Shown: positions 12,279 through 25,508 of the stretch, in pieces | Layout: each line of letters opens with the position of its first letter | How positions within the stretch are numbered: position 1 is the stretch's first letter | DNA from: Microbotryum violaceum | Taxonomy: Eukaryota | Direction of reading: 5' to 3' | Assembly (NCBI GenBank): GCA_001244265.2 | Contig: CDLV01000013.1 | Span: 372,001-436,000, forward strand | Length of the DNA: 64,000 nt | Translations under genes and position numbers: made by a program | The notes under the pieces: model-generated | What the model was told of the DNA's origin: nothing | The model's database searches: none | What the model saw: only the letters and a program-made list of their open reading frames with translations

Positions 12279-13886
12279 ATGCAGACAAGTACATCAGCTT
12301 CCCTCTTTGGGGGTGCCTCTTCATCCGCCAAGGGCAAGGCGCCTGCGACCGAGCCTGTCGCGGCGTACGAGTTGCCCTGGTCAGTACTGGCCCTCGAGAC
12401 GAACTGTCAAGACCGCAACGTTGTCAAACGTTCAAGCACTGACTCATACACGTCTTTCAATACTCCACAGGGTAGAAAAGGTGCGAGAGGAGGAGTGGAT
12501 CATCCAGACAGCTGGACTCCGGCTGAGGGCGCGGCTCTACCCCTTCCCCCCAGCATCGACCCAAGTCGCTCGACGACATTGTTGGCAACGTCGAGACGAT
12601 CGACCGCCTCAAGGTTATTGCCAGGGATGGCAACTGCCCTCACATCATTATTTCCGTAAGCACTCGCTGAGGATCGTTCCGAGACCGAGCTGATCTGGCT
12701 CTCGAGTAGGGTTCACCTGGTATTGGCAAAACGACCAGCATCCTTGCCTTGGCTCGACAACTCTTGGGTGAGAACTACAAGGAAGGGGTTCTCGAATTGA
12801 ACGCATCCGATGAACGGTCAGCCCCGATCCAACTGAGTGGTGTCCGGGCGCTCCTCAGTTGGGCTGACTTTGTTCCGGTGCTCGCCGCCTTCCAATCGGG
12901 ACAGAGGTATCGACGTCGTACGCAACCGCATCAAGGCTTTCGCCCAGAAAAAGGTCACACTCCCACCGGGTCGCCACAAGCTCGTCATCCTCGATGAAGC
13001 CGATTCGATGACCCCGGGAGCCCAGCAAGCGCTCCGCAGGACGATGGAAATATTCTCCAGCACCACTCGCTTCGCCTTTGCGTGCAACCAGAGCAACAAG
13101 ATCATCGAGCCGATTCAGAGTCGATGCGCCATCTTGAGGTACTCGAGGCTGACCGATGCCGAGCTGTTAAGGCGTTTACTGGAGATTTGCGAGATTGAAA
13201 AGGTAGGCCGACTGGAAGGCACCGCGCATTGCCCGAGGCCTCGCCATGCTCGAATGGGCTCACAATCAACTTGCTTCTTTCGTTTTCGTGATAGGTTGAA
13301 TACAATGAAGCCGGTCTGACAGCGCTCATCTTTACTTCGGAAGGTGATATGCGTCAAGCGGTCAACAACCTCCAGTCGACTTACTCGGGCTTCAACTTTG
13401 TCGGCGCCGACGAGGTCTTCAAAGTGTGCGACCAACCCCACCCCGTCAAGGTACAGCAGCTTATCAAGGATTGCGCCAAGGGGGACATTGACGCGGCCAT
13501 GACCAAGCTGGAGGAATTGTGGCTGCAGGGGTATGCTGCGGTCGATATTGTGGCAACTTTGTTCAGGGTTACCAAAGGGATGGAGGATTTGCTTGAATAC
13601 GTCAAGCTTGACTTTATCAAGGTGCGTCAGAAGCTCGGCAATCGTATTTTCCTCGAGACCCTACTTGCTGACGCTTTGTACTCCGTCTCAGGAAATCGGG
13701 TTCGCGCACATGAGAATCCTCGAAGGTGTTAGCACCGTGGTACAACTGGGTCAGTCCTTTCGTCCGGTCTTCCCCGAGAAAGACTGGCTCGCTGACGATT
13801 TTTCCTGCAAATCGAGCTTGACAGGTGGCTTACTTGCTCGCCTGTGCAAGCTGTCGATGAAACCAGAATTGTTCAGGCAAGCTTGA
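12279..13886 (+). CDS. RFC4: Replication factor C small subunit (yeast Rfc4 / human RFC2-like); multi-exon
   Basis: [82 protein letters not shown]. Confidence 0.93.
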
Positions 13887-14105
13887 TCGGCTTTGAGGCA
13901 TGTAGCATCTTCGAGTCTAATATGCAAATACTCTTTCCACCTCGCCTCTCGCGCGGGGCTCAAAGAAGAGCCAAAAAGCTTTCTAAAAGAAAATATGAGT
14001 GATTTATGCAAGGTAGGTGAGGAAGAAAGAACAACTACGTGAAAGAGAACGCGTCGTGGAAAGGGGATCTGTGTACCGTGCCGACCAGTTATCCGAGGGG
14101 GCGGC

Positions 14106-16131
14106 TTACAGCATGAAAGAGAGAGGAGACTGCGCAATACAAATTCGTAGGAGGGTTAGCATTCGATCACCTCAGGCTTATCACCTCCACTAATCCACTC
14201 ACCTCGAGGTAAGCCTTGAAGCTCTTGAGCCACCTCGCGCCAATCGCACCATCGACCACTCGGTGATCGCACGACAAGGTCACCTTCATCACGCTGACCT
14301 CCTTGAAGCCCTTCTCCGATTCGGGATCCAAGACCAACTTCTTCTCCGTGGCTCCAACGGCCAAGATGCACGATTGCGGCGGGTTGATGATGGCCGTGAA
14401 GGATTCGACGCCGAACATGCCCAAGTTAGAGATGGTGAAGGACCCGCCTTGGTATTCCTCGGGCTTGAGCTTGCCATCGCGCGCCTTGCCGGCCAATTGT
14501 TTTGTCAAGGTCGAGACCGTGGCCAAGCCCTTGGCTCCGACATCGTGGATGATGGGCGTGATCAAGCCGTTGGGTGTTGCGACGGCGACCGAGATGTCCG
14601 CGGTGTGATACCTATGGACCCCGCCCAAATGAAGATGTATCAGTAATCTAATCGCGCATTCCCATTGCTCAACGGGAGGACAGAGCTCACTGTCGGACAA
14701 AGTCGCCGTGCCATCCCGAGTTGACTTCGGGCACATCGTTGAGGGCGAGCGCACTGGCCTTGACGACAAAGTCGTTGAAGCTCAGCTTGGTGCCCGTTTT
14801 GACACCGTCGTTGACACCACCTGCGGCCTCGGCCGACTTGGCGGCCGAGTTGAAGACATCGCGCAGCTTGGCGACGCGGTCCATGTTGATCTCGGTGGTA
14901 AGGTAGTAGTGGGGGGTGCCGGACTTGGAGTCGGTCAGGCGCGAGGCGATCGTTCGTCGCATGTTGGAGACGGGGGTATCGGTGAATTTGGCCGGGGCCG
15001 CGGAGGAAGTGGAAGGAGCGGGGGCGGAAGAGGACGAGGAGGCGGCGGCGGCCTTGGGTGCCTCGGGCTTGTACGACTCGATATCGGCCTTGACGATGCG
15101 TCCACCAGGTCCGGAGCCCTTGATCTTGGCCAACGGGATGCCCTGCTCGAGCGCGAGACGTTTGGCGAGCGGCGACGCGAGAATGACGGGGTGGTCGCCC
15201 GAGGGCTGCATCGACGACTCCTTCTTGGGTGCAGAAGGTGTTTCAGACTTGGTCTCTTGCTTCTTGGGCTCGGGTGTCTCAGATGCCTTCTCCTGCGGCT
15301 TGTCCTCCACGACCTCGGCGGGCGCGGCCTCTCCTGCACCATCCTCGGTCAAGGCCTTGATGGCGGCCACGCTCACATCGTCACCCTCCTCGGCCAGAAT
15401 GGCCACGATGGAGCCAACTTTGACACCTTTTGCTCCATCACCGACCTGTGCGTTGGACAAGAAGTTGCGTTAGAGGGGTAGCTGGAAGATCGGAGTGTGC
15501 CGATGAGGAGTGAGTAGCGACGGAGGACGGGAGGGGGTGGGGGAGGGTGTACGCACGATGATCTTGCCCAACACACCCTCGTCCTGGGCCTCGACGTCCA
15601 TCGTCGCCTTGTCGGTTTCCTACAGGCCACCAGTGAAGTCATATCAGTGCCCAGCTCAACTGAAAACGGTGATGCTGCCAATGTCCCGAGTCGCGGCACT
15701 ATCGATCGAGGATAGCGCGCGCGCTCTCTACTGCCTTTGGGGAATGGGTTGCGCTGCGTGCGGAGCCGAACTGACAATCTCCAACAAGACATCTCCCGGT
15801 GCGAAGGCCTCGCCCTCCTTTTTCTTCCAGCTCGCGATACCACCCTCGGTCATGGTCGGCGACATGGCCGGGAACATGAACTTGGTCAACGCATGCGACC
15901 GCGACGTCGCATGTAGGTCTGCGCGACGGGATGGGATGGGCCAAGCGGGTCAGCGGGTTAGCGCTCAGATCGATCAGGGGCGGACAAGCACAGGAAAGTG
16001 CGAGCGGCGGAGGGGAACCGACCACAGCAACCCTAGTAGGAAGGTGATGGGTATAGGGACTCACACCTGGGCGATGACAGGCTCGATCGAGCGAGCGAAC
16101 GAGCACGCTGTTGCACGAGTTGGCGAATCAT
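14106..16131 (-). CDS. LAT1: Pyruvate dehydrogenase E2 (dihydrolipoamide acetyltransferase), mitochondrial; multi-exon
   Basis: Arg/Ser-rich presequence; lipoyl domain [23 protein letters not shown]3-binding ASPLAKRLA; catalytic [11 protein letters not shown] and [11 protein letters not shown]. Confidence 0.95.
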
Positions 16132-16686
16132 GGCTTGCGAAACCGGCGGGGGGTCGTCGTGGTGGTGGTTGAGGAAAGACGGGTCGCGATTCCGTTCGGC
16201 GTGGAAGCGCCACGGTTCAATCCGCGAGGGAGCGCGCGGGATTCGCCGAACATGCCTCGACACGAAACGAGTTTGTACATCTATTTCGTGACCTGAATTA
16301 TTCCAACAGATTTAAAGCTTTGCTGCTGATCGTACTTGGTCACGAGAGTGCAGGCGGGTGCCCACAGAGCGGATTCCATGTCGTGCCTGAGTCAGAACCT
16401 GTTGGCGAGTCCGGCCCGGGATCCCCCAACGCGACCCACACGAGAAATTGGGAGGAAGGAAAAACACTTGCACTGAAAATCTCTATGAGGAACATATAGC
16501 TACAACAATTATGTACTATGGCATTGACAGGGTGGCGTTCAAACTCCATGCGGACTCGAATATACACGGAGTGATGAATAACAAGGACGTCGGCGTTCCC
16601 GTCGGGTCGCGCACGGACCCCTTTGGACGACCGCGCTCACCATGCGCGTGACAAACGCGAATCGCCTGGGTCTCAGATCTCAGATC

Positions 16687-17060
16687 TCAGATTTGAGGAC
16701 TGGACGAAGCTGTCGACGTTGTGGACGATGCTGCACTCGCAGTGGCTTTTGGTGTCGTTGTACTTCTTTCCTTGGATCCGATCGCATTAAACGCCATCAT
16801 GTCATCGAGCAGGTTGTTCATGTCTCGCTCTACGAACGCGAACACGAGGGGAGAGTGAACACGCACAAGCGGGCGGTCAGAAATCGCGACAATGGCACCA
16901 CGCAAAGCGGGCGTCCTACGTCGTCGTCTGACGAACCAGTCGACTCACCATCTATAGCTAGATCGTGACGGGAAACGACCGACGACGGCCTCGAATTCGA
17001 GGTCGAACTGGCAGAGCGCACCAGGGCGGCCTTGCGGCGGAACAATTTCTGCAGAAACAT
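16687..17060 (-). CDS. Possible small Ser-rich hypothetical protein (MFLQKLFRRKAALVRS...)
   Basis: ATG at 17060 in accgccATG context; possible intron ~16830-16919; exon junction uncertain. Confidence 0.3.
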
Positions 17061-18690
17061 GGCGGTGCAGTCCTTTGGATGAGCGGTGGTGTGTGAGTGG
17101 TGCAGTGGGTGTGCAGAAGCTGAGCGGAGTGAAATGAGCACAATGAAACGGCTCGCGGTCATCCCAACTTGACGTCAACGTCGGCGTTTTTAATTTACGC
17201 CGACAATTAAGCGCGTTTGCTTGGGAGCGCCGGTCTGGCTGCAATTAATCCCGGTGAGGCCCGGGCCTAGCAAGCGCTAAACAACGCGTATGGTCTAGAT
17301 CAGCTTGCTGGGTCAACCGCGACTTTCGATCGATAGGAGGCATGCAAAGAGTGGCTCGCTTGGGCGGGATGGTTGGGATGTCCAATTTTCAGGTGGGCTC
17401 CCGTCCCTGTCAATCGCCGGCCTATAGGGGTTCCCACGATCTGTGGCCATTTACATGCATGTAGATCAAAAGCCTCAATCAGAGGTACCCCTGAGCTCCG
17501 AATCTAGGTTGCTCAGATTCTTACGCCCCCGTCAACATAAACTCGAGACTCTAAGAAGTAACCCCTGGTCGCTGCGCCGGCCGACCCGCACGCCCGCGTC
17601 CACGCAACAGATAACAGATCCTTGCTCGGCCTCCCTGGACCCGGATCGAATTGATCACTCTGGTTTCGTTGCCTTTACCATGAGAGGTCCTCAAGAATGA
17701 AAGGCATTCATAATCGAGTCGAAAAGAAAGAAAAAGGAGGTCCAAACTGAGAGTTTCTACGCCACAGTGCACACGGAGCGGCGCCGAAATTCAAGCGGGC
17801 GGGCCTCTGCGGGCCATTTGCTGGCACTTGAGTGGCACTTGCGGCTGCAAGGAGCGTGTGGCTATGCGGCCGCCATGGCGGGTGGCTCTATCCCTTCGCC
17901 CGCCCTCACACGCGACGATCCGCGTTCCCACCCTTCCTTTCGAGCATCTGGTCTGCCGTCACCAGGTTCCAACTGAATAGGTAGGTTGGGGTTTGATTGG
18001 AGAGAATCGGTTTGGCCGAGTGCGCCGTCGTATTGGGTACCACCTGCGGTGGGGAGAGAGTGGAAGGGGGGGGGTGACGACGACGCGCCATCCTCGCTTT
18101 ACCAGGCTGTGCAAGCTGCATAGACCGCCGCCGGGGCTCCTGGGTCTCGATGGGCGTTGCTGTAGCTATCAACAGGCGCAGGGAGGGCTTGATCGAGAGG
18201 TCGTCGGGAACGATTGGTCGCGTTCTGCTATGCGATGCTGGGCTATGGATTGATGATGCCCCTAACCGCGGCGGCGATCGTGGTCGGGGCCTGGCCTGCC
18301 CATACGCCCGCGCCGAGCCAGCGCCGGCTTCGTGTCGGCCGATGCGACCGACACGAGTCACACAGCTTGCCCCTCACCGAGCTCGGCGGTCGCTCGTTCG
18401 CCCCAGAAATCATCGCGACGCGCCGTTCCTATTTGCGTTCTTATTCGCTTTTAATGTACTGACGTTCGTTTTGATCGATCTCCGCTGCCGAACCCGCTGT
18501 TCCATACACCTCGTCACCCCTTTCGGCCCCCTGCTCCCCTTTGTGATCGTCCGTGGACCGTACCTGCACGCTCTCCCACTGCCTGGGTCTGCCTGGGCCT
18601 TCCGTAGATCGCCCCCCCTCCCCTCGGCTCTTCCCCTCTCCTCACCACCTCCATCCCCCCGTCCTCCCTCCCCCTCGTGCGCTACCAGAG

Positions 18691-20766
18691 ATGGATTTGC
18701 GCGTCGGAGGAAAGTATCGGTGAGTTGCACACCGTACAACGCACTCTGCTCGATCGGCGTCGGTCGTAGCGATGTCTCACGACGACCCGGCGGGTGTTTC
18801 CAGTCAGCAGCACCGTTGTGTGCTGGCTTGCACGGCTGGCCTCGACCACGTTGCACGTCACTAGTGTGGTACGTGAGAAGGCCAATGTTGACATGATGTG
18901 CCATGCGTTCTCTCTGCACAGAATCGGCAAGAAGATCGGTAGTGGGTCCGTGAGTGCCTCCCACTCGACTCGCTTCCTTGCCCAGATCAGACCGACCTCG
19001 TGACACCCCAAGTGCAGCACACTGACATCCCATTCCCCCATTCCCATTCTTCATTGCTGCTCCATACTGCCGGCGTCCACGCATGTTTAGTTCGGTGAGT
19101 TGGTCATGCAGTGCCATAGCCTCGGCCGTCTATTGCGGACGGGCGGCGCAGTCGGCGGGCTCGCTTCCAGCTCGGAACGTCGCGTCAGCGAGCTCTCCCA
19201 AAAGCGGTCGCGCCCTTGCCTCCCCGGCCGTTCGCCTCGATTCTGGTTGTTCTCGCTATGACATGAGGTGCATCCTTGGCTCACCATATCTTTCACTGCG
19301 ATCCGTTCTTCAGGTGACATCTATCTTGGTGTCAACATCATCTCCGGCGAGGAGGTTGCCATCAAGCTCGAGTCGGTCAAGGCGAAACACCCGCAACTTG
19401 AATACGAGGCCAAGGTCTACAAAACCCTGGCAGGCGGCGTCGGAGTTCCGTTCGTGCGATGGTTCGGCGTCGAATGTGACTACAATGCCATGGTCCTTGA
19501 CTTGCTCGGCCCCAGTCTGGAGGATTTGTTCAACTTCTGCAACCGCAAGTTCACCCTCAAGACGGTGCTCCTGCTTGCCGATCAGCTCGTGCGTGCCCGT
19601 TATCTCGTGGGGCGTCGATGCGAAGGAGGGGAGGGCACAGTACTGATCGCATTCGTCGGCCTCATTCCTCCCCCGTCTCATTACCGTCTGTGCAGATCTC
19701 CCGCATCGAGTACATCCACTCTCGCAATTTCATACATCGCGACATCAAGCCCGACAACTTCCTGATGGGTATCGGCAAGCGAGGAAACCAGGTCAACGTC
19801 ATCGACTTTGGGCTGGCCAAGAAGTACCGCGACCCCAAGACCCATCTCCATATCCCGTACCGTGAAAACAAGAATCTTACCGGAACGGCGCGTTACACGT
19901 CGATCAACACTCATCTCGGAGTTGGTGAGTGGTTGCGACGAGCCACACAACACCTAGCCGTTTGATGAGCCCTCACTCATCGCGCGATGATTCCTTATTT
20001 ATGCAGAGCAATCGCGTCGCGACGATATGGAATCGCTCGGGTACGTTCTCATGTACTTCCTTCGCGGCTCGCTGCCATGGCAAGGCCTCAAGGCCGCTAC
20101 CAAGAAGCAGAAGTACGACCGAATTATGGAGAAGAAGATGACGACACCGACCGAGTATTTGTGCCGTGGATTCCCGAACGAGTTTGCCATCTACCTCAAC
20201 TACTGCCGATCCCTGCGCTTCGATGACAAGCCTGGTTAGTTCCAGCGACACTGCACCTGTCTCACCCTCGAGAGGCTTGCGCTGACGTTGGCTACGCATA
20301 CCCTGGCAGACTATTCCTACTTGCGCAAGCTCTTCCGAGACTTGTTCGTTCGCGAAGGTTTCCAATACGATTACGTCTTCGACTGGAGCGTCCAGCAACG
20401 ATCGGACGAGGCCAACAAGGAGGCCCAGACCCAGGCGGCGGCGCAAGCGGCCCAGCAAAAGGCTCAGGCCGCGGTCGCTGGAGGCCAGGGCCAAGCAGGT
20501 GCTCCCAAACGACGTGTTTTGCAGCCGGGAGAAGTTGAGCCTCAGGGTGATCAGCGAATGTGAGTGACGTTACACGCTGAAAAGGCCTTAGCCAAACTCT
20601 TGGCTTCTCCCCAACCTTTGGGGAATCAGGCAATTCAGATCGACTGACCCAGCGTTTGACCCCCCAAAACCCCTTGTTTTCTGTCCATGCTTCAAGGCTT
20701 CGCAGCCAAACCCGTACCGCTCCTAACGAGCAACGTGTCGCACGAGCTGGTGGAGAGTGGTACTAA
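18691..20766 (+). CDS. HRR25: Casein kinase I (Hrr25/Hhp1/CK1-delta type); multi-exon including a 4-nt microexon
   Basis: [72 protein letters not shown]; final exon RMLRSQTR...EWY stop. Confidence 0.95.
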
Positions 20767-23029
20767 ATGCACGCGTACGCCTCGACCTGCGGACTCGTTA
20801 CTCCCCTCCAAACCCCTTATATTCATCTCCCAAGGTCGTCGAAGCTGTTGCGTGTGTGTTATTGGTACGAACGGTGGATAGACGCATTTTTTGTCGCGTC
20901 TCCCGTGAATGTGATCGTGGACTCGGTGGACAAGGCGGGTGACTCGAAGCGGAGACCTTACGCTCGCGCGCTCGCAAAGCCGACTCCGTTTTCTCTCCGC
21001 CACATCCATCGCCACTCTCGACCCCGACTCACCACCGCTCGCCGTCTACTCAACTCCCCACCAACGTCATTTGCAACTCCGGCTGTCGCTTGCACTGTAT
21101 ACTTGCTGTCCTTGTTCGTCTCACACCCAACGGTCGTCGCATTTTTTGGCGCGTTCGGCTACGGTGAATTGTCCAAAGCCCACCTTTTTCTGGGCTTGGT
21201 CCTGTTCAGTCAAGGACAACAATTTGATGGCGTTGCAGTGTACACCTCCTCGCTCGGCTCCTCCGCGATCGTGCCGGCTTGTGGGAGGGACCGAAAGCAA
21301 GCGTGCGAGTCACGCAGGACCGACTGCGCGTCTCGAGACCGACTGTTTGAACCCCAACCGCCCTAATACACCTCTACCGAGTTTCGACAACCCAACTCCT
21401 CTTTCGGGAATCGAACTCGAATACCGGCCCTAGTGCCTTCGACATATCGCTCAGCTACGCATCAGCTACGCATCAGCTCCCATCCCCCGTCCAGCTCTTC
21501 GACCACCCCGCTCGACTGTACCATCAATTTCCTACGACCATGACCTTACCGCTTCGAGCAGCTCAAGCCAGAGCCGAGTTCATCCTCGTCATCCAATGCT
21601 CGTTCATGGGGACGCTCGTCGTTTTGTGACCTTTGGCAGAGTTTTCACAAGGTCGCAAAGCCAGCTCTTCTAAGCGCGCACCCACCCACCATCGCCGCGA
21701 GCCCTCCGCTTGCAACCGATGGTTGCAAGCCTGCTTCACTAGCCTCTTCCTCCTTTTTGTCCCGGGCTGAACCTCGGGGAGGAGATGCTTTTGCATTCGT
21801 GGAATCGTCCGTCATCGTCAAGGTGCATCGTTGGGAGAATGGTTTACCATTCCGCCCCAGCGACGCCTCTACCTCGTCTTCGCATCCAACCGTCGCATCG
21901 TCTACGATCAGTTCCAATGTACAACACCTACCCTACTCCCATCTTACATCCCTTTCAAGAGTTCGTCGGAGCCGCATCTCGTTCGCGTCACCGCCTTATC
22001 GTCTCGAGACTCCATGCCATCGATCGATGGGACTTAGCAGGAGGAGAAAGAATCGCCGCGCATTCTTTCTTGTTTTGTCCTCCTCGGGCTCTCTCATCGC
22101 CCCTTCGCGGCCCGGCACGCTTGATTCGTTCAGAGGTGGAGGCAGTGTTTGAGAGAGTTGATGTTCTGTTCCGTTCTTTTGGACTCGTTCAGGACCTGCC
22201 CCCCCCCCTCCCCCCTTTTTTACAGTCCTCTTTCCACTCGTATTCGTCTTCTGTGTTTGCAACGCCGAAATCTCTTTTTTCCGGCAGATAGATCAGTCAG
22301 CAGATTACGTGCTCTCAGTGTGAGGGGTCATGCATCGACTGCAGTCGAGTCGAAAGAAACTGGAGGGTTTCGAGACTGCTCAGTTAGGCGATGATGTAAT
22401 GCGGCGCACAAAGATCGACTCACGGTGAGACAAGACACAGCAGCTGAGCGCCCATCTGATTTCCGATTGGAGTCGGTCTCTCGATATTCACTATTCAATA
22501 TCTTCGTCTTTTGCGCTGCAATCATACTTTGTGTGACTGCAGCGACGATCTTGCGCACGTTACACCACCCCACTTCGCCGAGGTTTACCGCCCTTGTCAA
22601 CCCTGTTCCGATGACAGAGCCGTCGCAGCCGGGATGGGCTCGGCCTTGACGCGGCTTGACGACCGGATCGACGGCCGTTGACTGGTTGCGCACGAGGCCC
22701 CGGCGGTCGAGGTCGAGCAAGTCACTTGACCTCACCACCGGTGACACCGAAACTCGACTCCTCTCCAAAACATGCCTGCACTAGGTTCATTCGGGAAGAT
22801 TTAAACCTCCGCGATATCAGTTCCTGAACTACTTCGGTCCTCGTGACTAAAGGGGACTTGTTGGGGCGTATACTATCTCGGACAGTGGGATTTTGAGTTT
22901 TTGAACCAACATAAAGAACTGCGGGGCTCCCCAGGGTTTTTTGGGGCGAGAGATGGGGGGGACCTCCCCGACACGGGGGTTTCCTTCGCGTCACCACCGC
23001 ATACCAACCATCGTCGGCGTCGGTCTCTT

Positions 23030-24637
23030 ATGAGCCGTGTTACTTCAGTGTGGTCGGAGCAGCAGCAGCAGCAGCAGCAGCAACCACAGAACCGACGTGA
23101 CTCATCCTCGACTTCGTCTACTTCACTGCAGTCGTCGTCCACCGCCGCGAGCAGAGGCTCCTTCTCGTCGTCGTCGTCGGGATCCTACTCGTCGTCCTCC
23201 TGGGCTTCGTGGTCCGCTGCCACCAGCACCGAACCGGCGTGTTACGGTCCAAGGTCGACCACCAAGGCGTCTCTCTCTCAGGTCGCGTCATCGAGTTTGG
23301 ATCTGGTGGCCGAGATACCTTCGACCCTGCAGTACAACGCGCCACTCCTCTCACCCCCAACTTCGCCTGAATCGATCCACGCAATTCTCGGTGGGCCGTG
23401 TCCTACCCCTCCAGCGACCTCCTCAACGCCTTCGACGCCTGCAGCGGGCCCGGGACCGACGCCTTCCAGGACGAGGGACATGATGTCGGCCATCATTCCC
23501 AGCATCACCAGTCATAATCATACACCGGCGTCGTACACGACCTCGCCCCACTCCACGTCGTCGTCCAGCCACCACAAGAAAAGCTTTGTGCCACCCTCAA
23601 TCAAGCTCAATCAGTTCTTCGCTTCGATCGAGAGCGGCGCGTCCGCACCCACAACCACACCCGCTCCGGCAGCGAAAGCCGTTTGCGGCGGCGGTGGCCG
23701 GAGCGGCGGCGTCGCGGGCCTCGTTGGCAGCTCCGGAAACAAGTTCAAGGGCTTGGCAGGTGGGTTCGCCAATTCGGCCAAGGGCAAGATGGCTCAGGTG
23801 AGTTCATGTCAACCTAATTTTTCGATTCACCTCCTTCATCGTCGAGATCATAGTCCTGATTTTCCCCGGTTACGAATCATCCAGGTGAAAAAGGCCAAAG
23901 CGCTCAATGCTCAAAAGGTCAAGGCGGACAAGGTCGCGGCAGCTCAAGCGGCGCAGGCCGAGGCCGAGCAAGCGGCTCGGCGACGACAGCAGCAACAAGT
24001 GACATACGAAGACGAGTATGATTTCGAAGACGAGCAATATTTTGATGACGAGTACGATGACGAGGATGACTATACCTCTTCCGGTGACGAGGGCGATTTG
24101 GAAAGCGAAGGCTCCGGCTCCTACAACGCCGGCTCGGCATCTTGGTCCACGGATGCACAGCAACCCCATCCTCCCCATCCTCCCCACCTAGCGGCCCTGT
24201 CCGCCGACACGACCTATACCTTCAAGCCTCTACCTACCCTACCTCAGTACAAGGGCTCGCGCGAATCGGTCGACTCGGATGAAGACGTGGTCGCGCACGT
24301 CGAGTACGCCACCGAACGAGATTTCGTCGAGTCGACGTCGGCGCGAGTCTCGGCGCACGAGGAGGACCCCGACCACCCTGCGGCCAAGTACGTGCACCAA
24401 TCAAGGTACAGCAGCGATAGTGAAATCGAACCCGACGATCGAGACCGTGATGACGAGTACCGGGGCCGATCGCGGCGACCTCGATTGTTATGGAGGTCGC
24501 AGTTGGCCGAACCGACGGTCAGTGTGCTCGACCAATATTGCCGCGAGTACTACGCGATGGAGTTGCCGAGGTTGAAGGGCAAGGGCAGTCCCGAGGGTAG
24601 GAAGTGGTCGCGTCAGTTGGACCAAGCTGGATTGTAA
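23030..24637 (+). CDS. Hypothetical low-complexity protein (poly-Q, Ser/Pro-rich, acidic C-terminal half)
   Basis: Long ORF 22901-24637 with first ATG at 23030; probable intron GTGAGT ~23798 to CAG ~23884; no family recognised; true start may be upstream. Confidence 0.6.
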   Translation: MSRVTSVWSEQQQQQQQQPQNRRDSSSTSSTSLQSSSTAASRGSFSSSSSGSYSSSSWASWSAATSTEPACYGPRSTTKASLSQVASSSLDLVAEIPSTLQYNAPLLSPPTSPESIHAILGGPCPTPPATSSTPSTPAAGPGPTPSRTRDMMSAIIPSITSHNHTPASYTTSPHSTSSSSHHKKSFVPPSIKLNQFFASIESGASAPTTTPAPAAKAVCGGGGRSGGVAGLVGSSGNKFKGLAGGFANSAKGKMAQVSSCQPNFSIHLLHRRDHSPDFPRLRIIQVKKAKALNAQKVKADKVAAAQAAQAEAEQAARRRQQQQVTYEDEYDFEDEQYFDDEYDDEDDYTSSGDEGDLESEGSGSYNAGSASWSTDAQQPHPPHPPHLAALSADTTYTFKPLPTLPQYKGSRESVDSDEDVVAHVEYATERDFVESTSARVSAHEEDPDHPAAKYVHQSRYSSDSEIEPDDRDRDDEYRGRSRRPRLLWRSQLAEPTVSVLDQYCREYYAMELPRLKGKGSPEGRKWSRQLDQAGL

Positions 24638-24843
24638 GAGTACCAACGGGTGGCGCATTGTTTCCCTCTTATCATTATCTTCACGAAGTCGGACGCGAAA
24701 AAATAAGCAGACCGAGGGTCTTTCCTGCATGTTTGTATATAGGCGAGGTCATTCTCACCAGTAAGACCAAGTTTCCATGTAGGGGTTTTTCAGTTCAGTT
24801 TTAATTGCATTGCAGTTCGCACGTTCGTACACCGAAGGGAGTT

Positions 24844-25508
24844 TTATTCCGTCGCTGGCTTTGGCTTGGCGTCGGCGGCGGTTATGGATCGTGTCCATTC
24901 CGAGTCCCATCGTACTTTGCCTGCGAGTTCCATCGGCGCCCTCAATTCCCTCGGTACGATGCCGGTAAGCCTCTCATTTCCGTACCCTTCCTGGTCGACG
25001 TTCTGAAATTTGTCCCCCTGGGTCGCCTTGGCGTAGAGCTGCGGCGAGGTTTGTTCGAGCAGCTGGAGCGCAGCCTGCATCGAGGCGTACTTTGCGCGCA
25101 ACGAGCCTTCGTGGGCCTCCCTCTGGTGACGACGATGCAGTGCCCATGCCCTGGTAATGGTCTCGTGGGCTTCGATCGAGGGTACGACTTTGGACAGGGC
25201 TTGCAGTCGTTCTTGGTCCGTGGGCGACGATTCGTACAGCGTCTGAGCGGAACGGGGGTCGAATCAGCGGGTTGCGCACACGCCGCTTCCCCCAAAGAGA
25301 CCACCTCAAGCATCCACACCCGACTTACCTTTCTGATGAGGTCGATCCTCGAGTCGGCCTGCTCGATCTGCCCTCGGTTGCCTCCGCCCGTGCCCTTGGA
25401 GCCGGTCTTCTTGGCCGACTTGAAGGGTTTGGTCGCGTACGACCGGGTGAGGATCACGCGCGTTGAGGTGCCGATCAGTTGGTCCGTGGGTAGTGCGAGT
25501 CGGAGCAT
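24844..25508 (-). CDS. Mitochondrial large-subunit ribosomal protein mL40 (yeast Mrpl28-like); 2 exons
   Basis: Presequence MLRLAL..RSYA; after intron ~25243-25329 the frame gives AHETITRAWALH and IVPRELRAPME. Confidence 0.75.
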
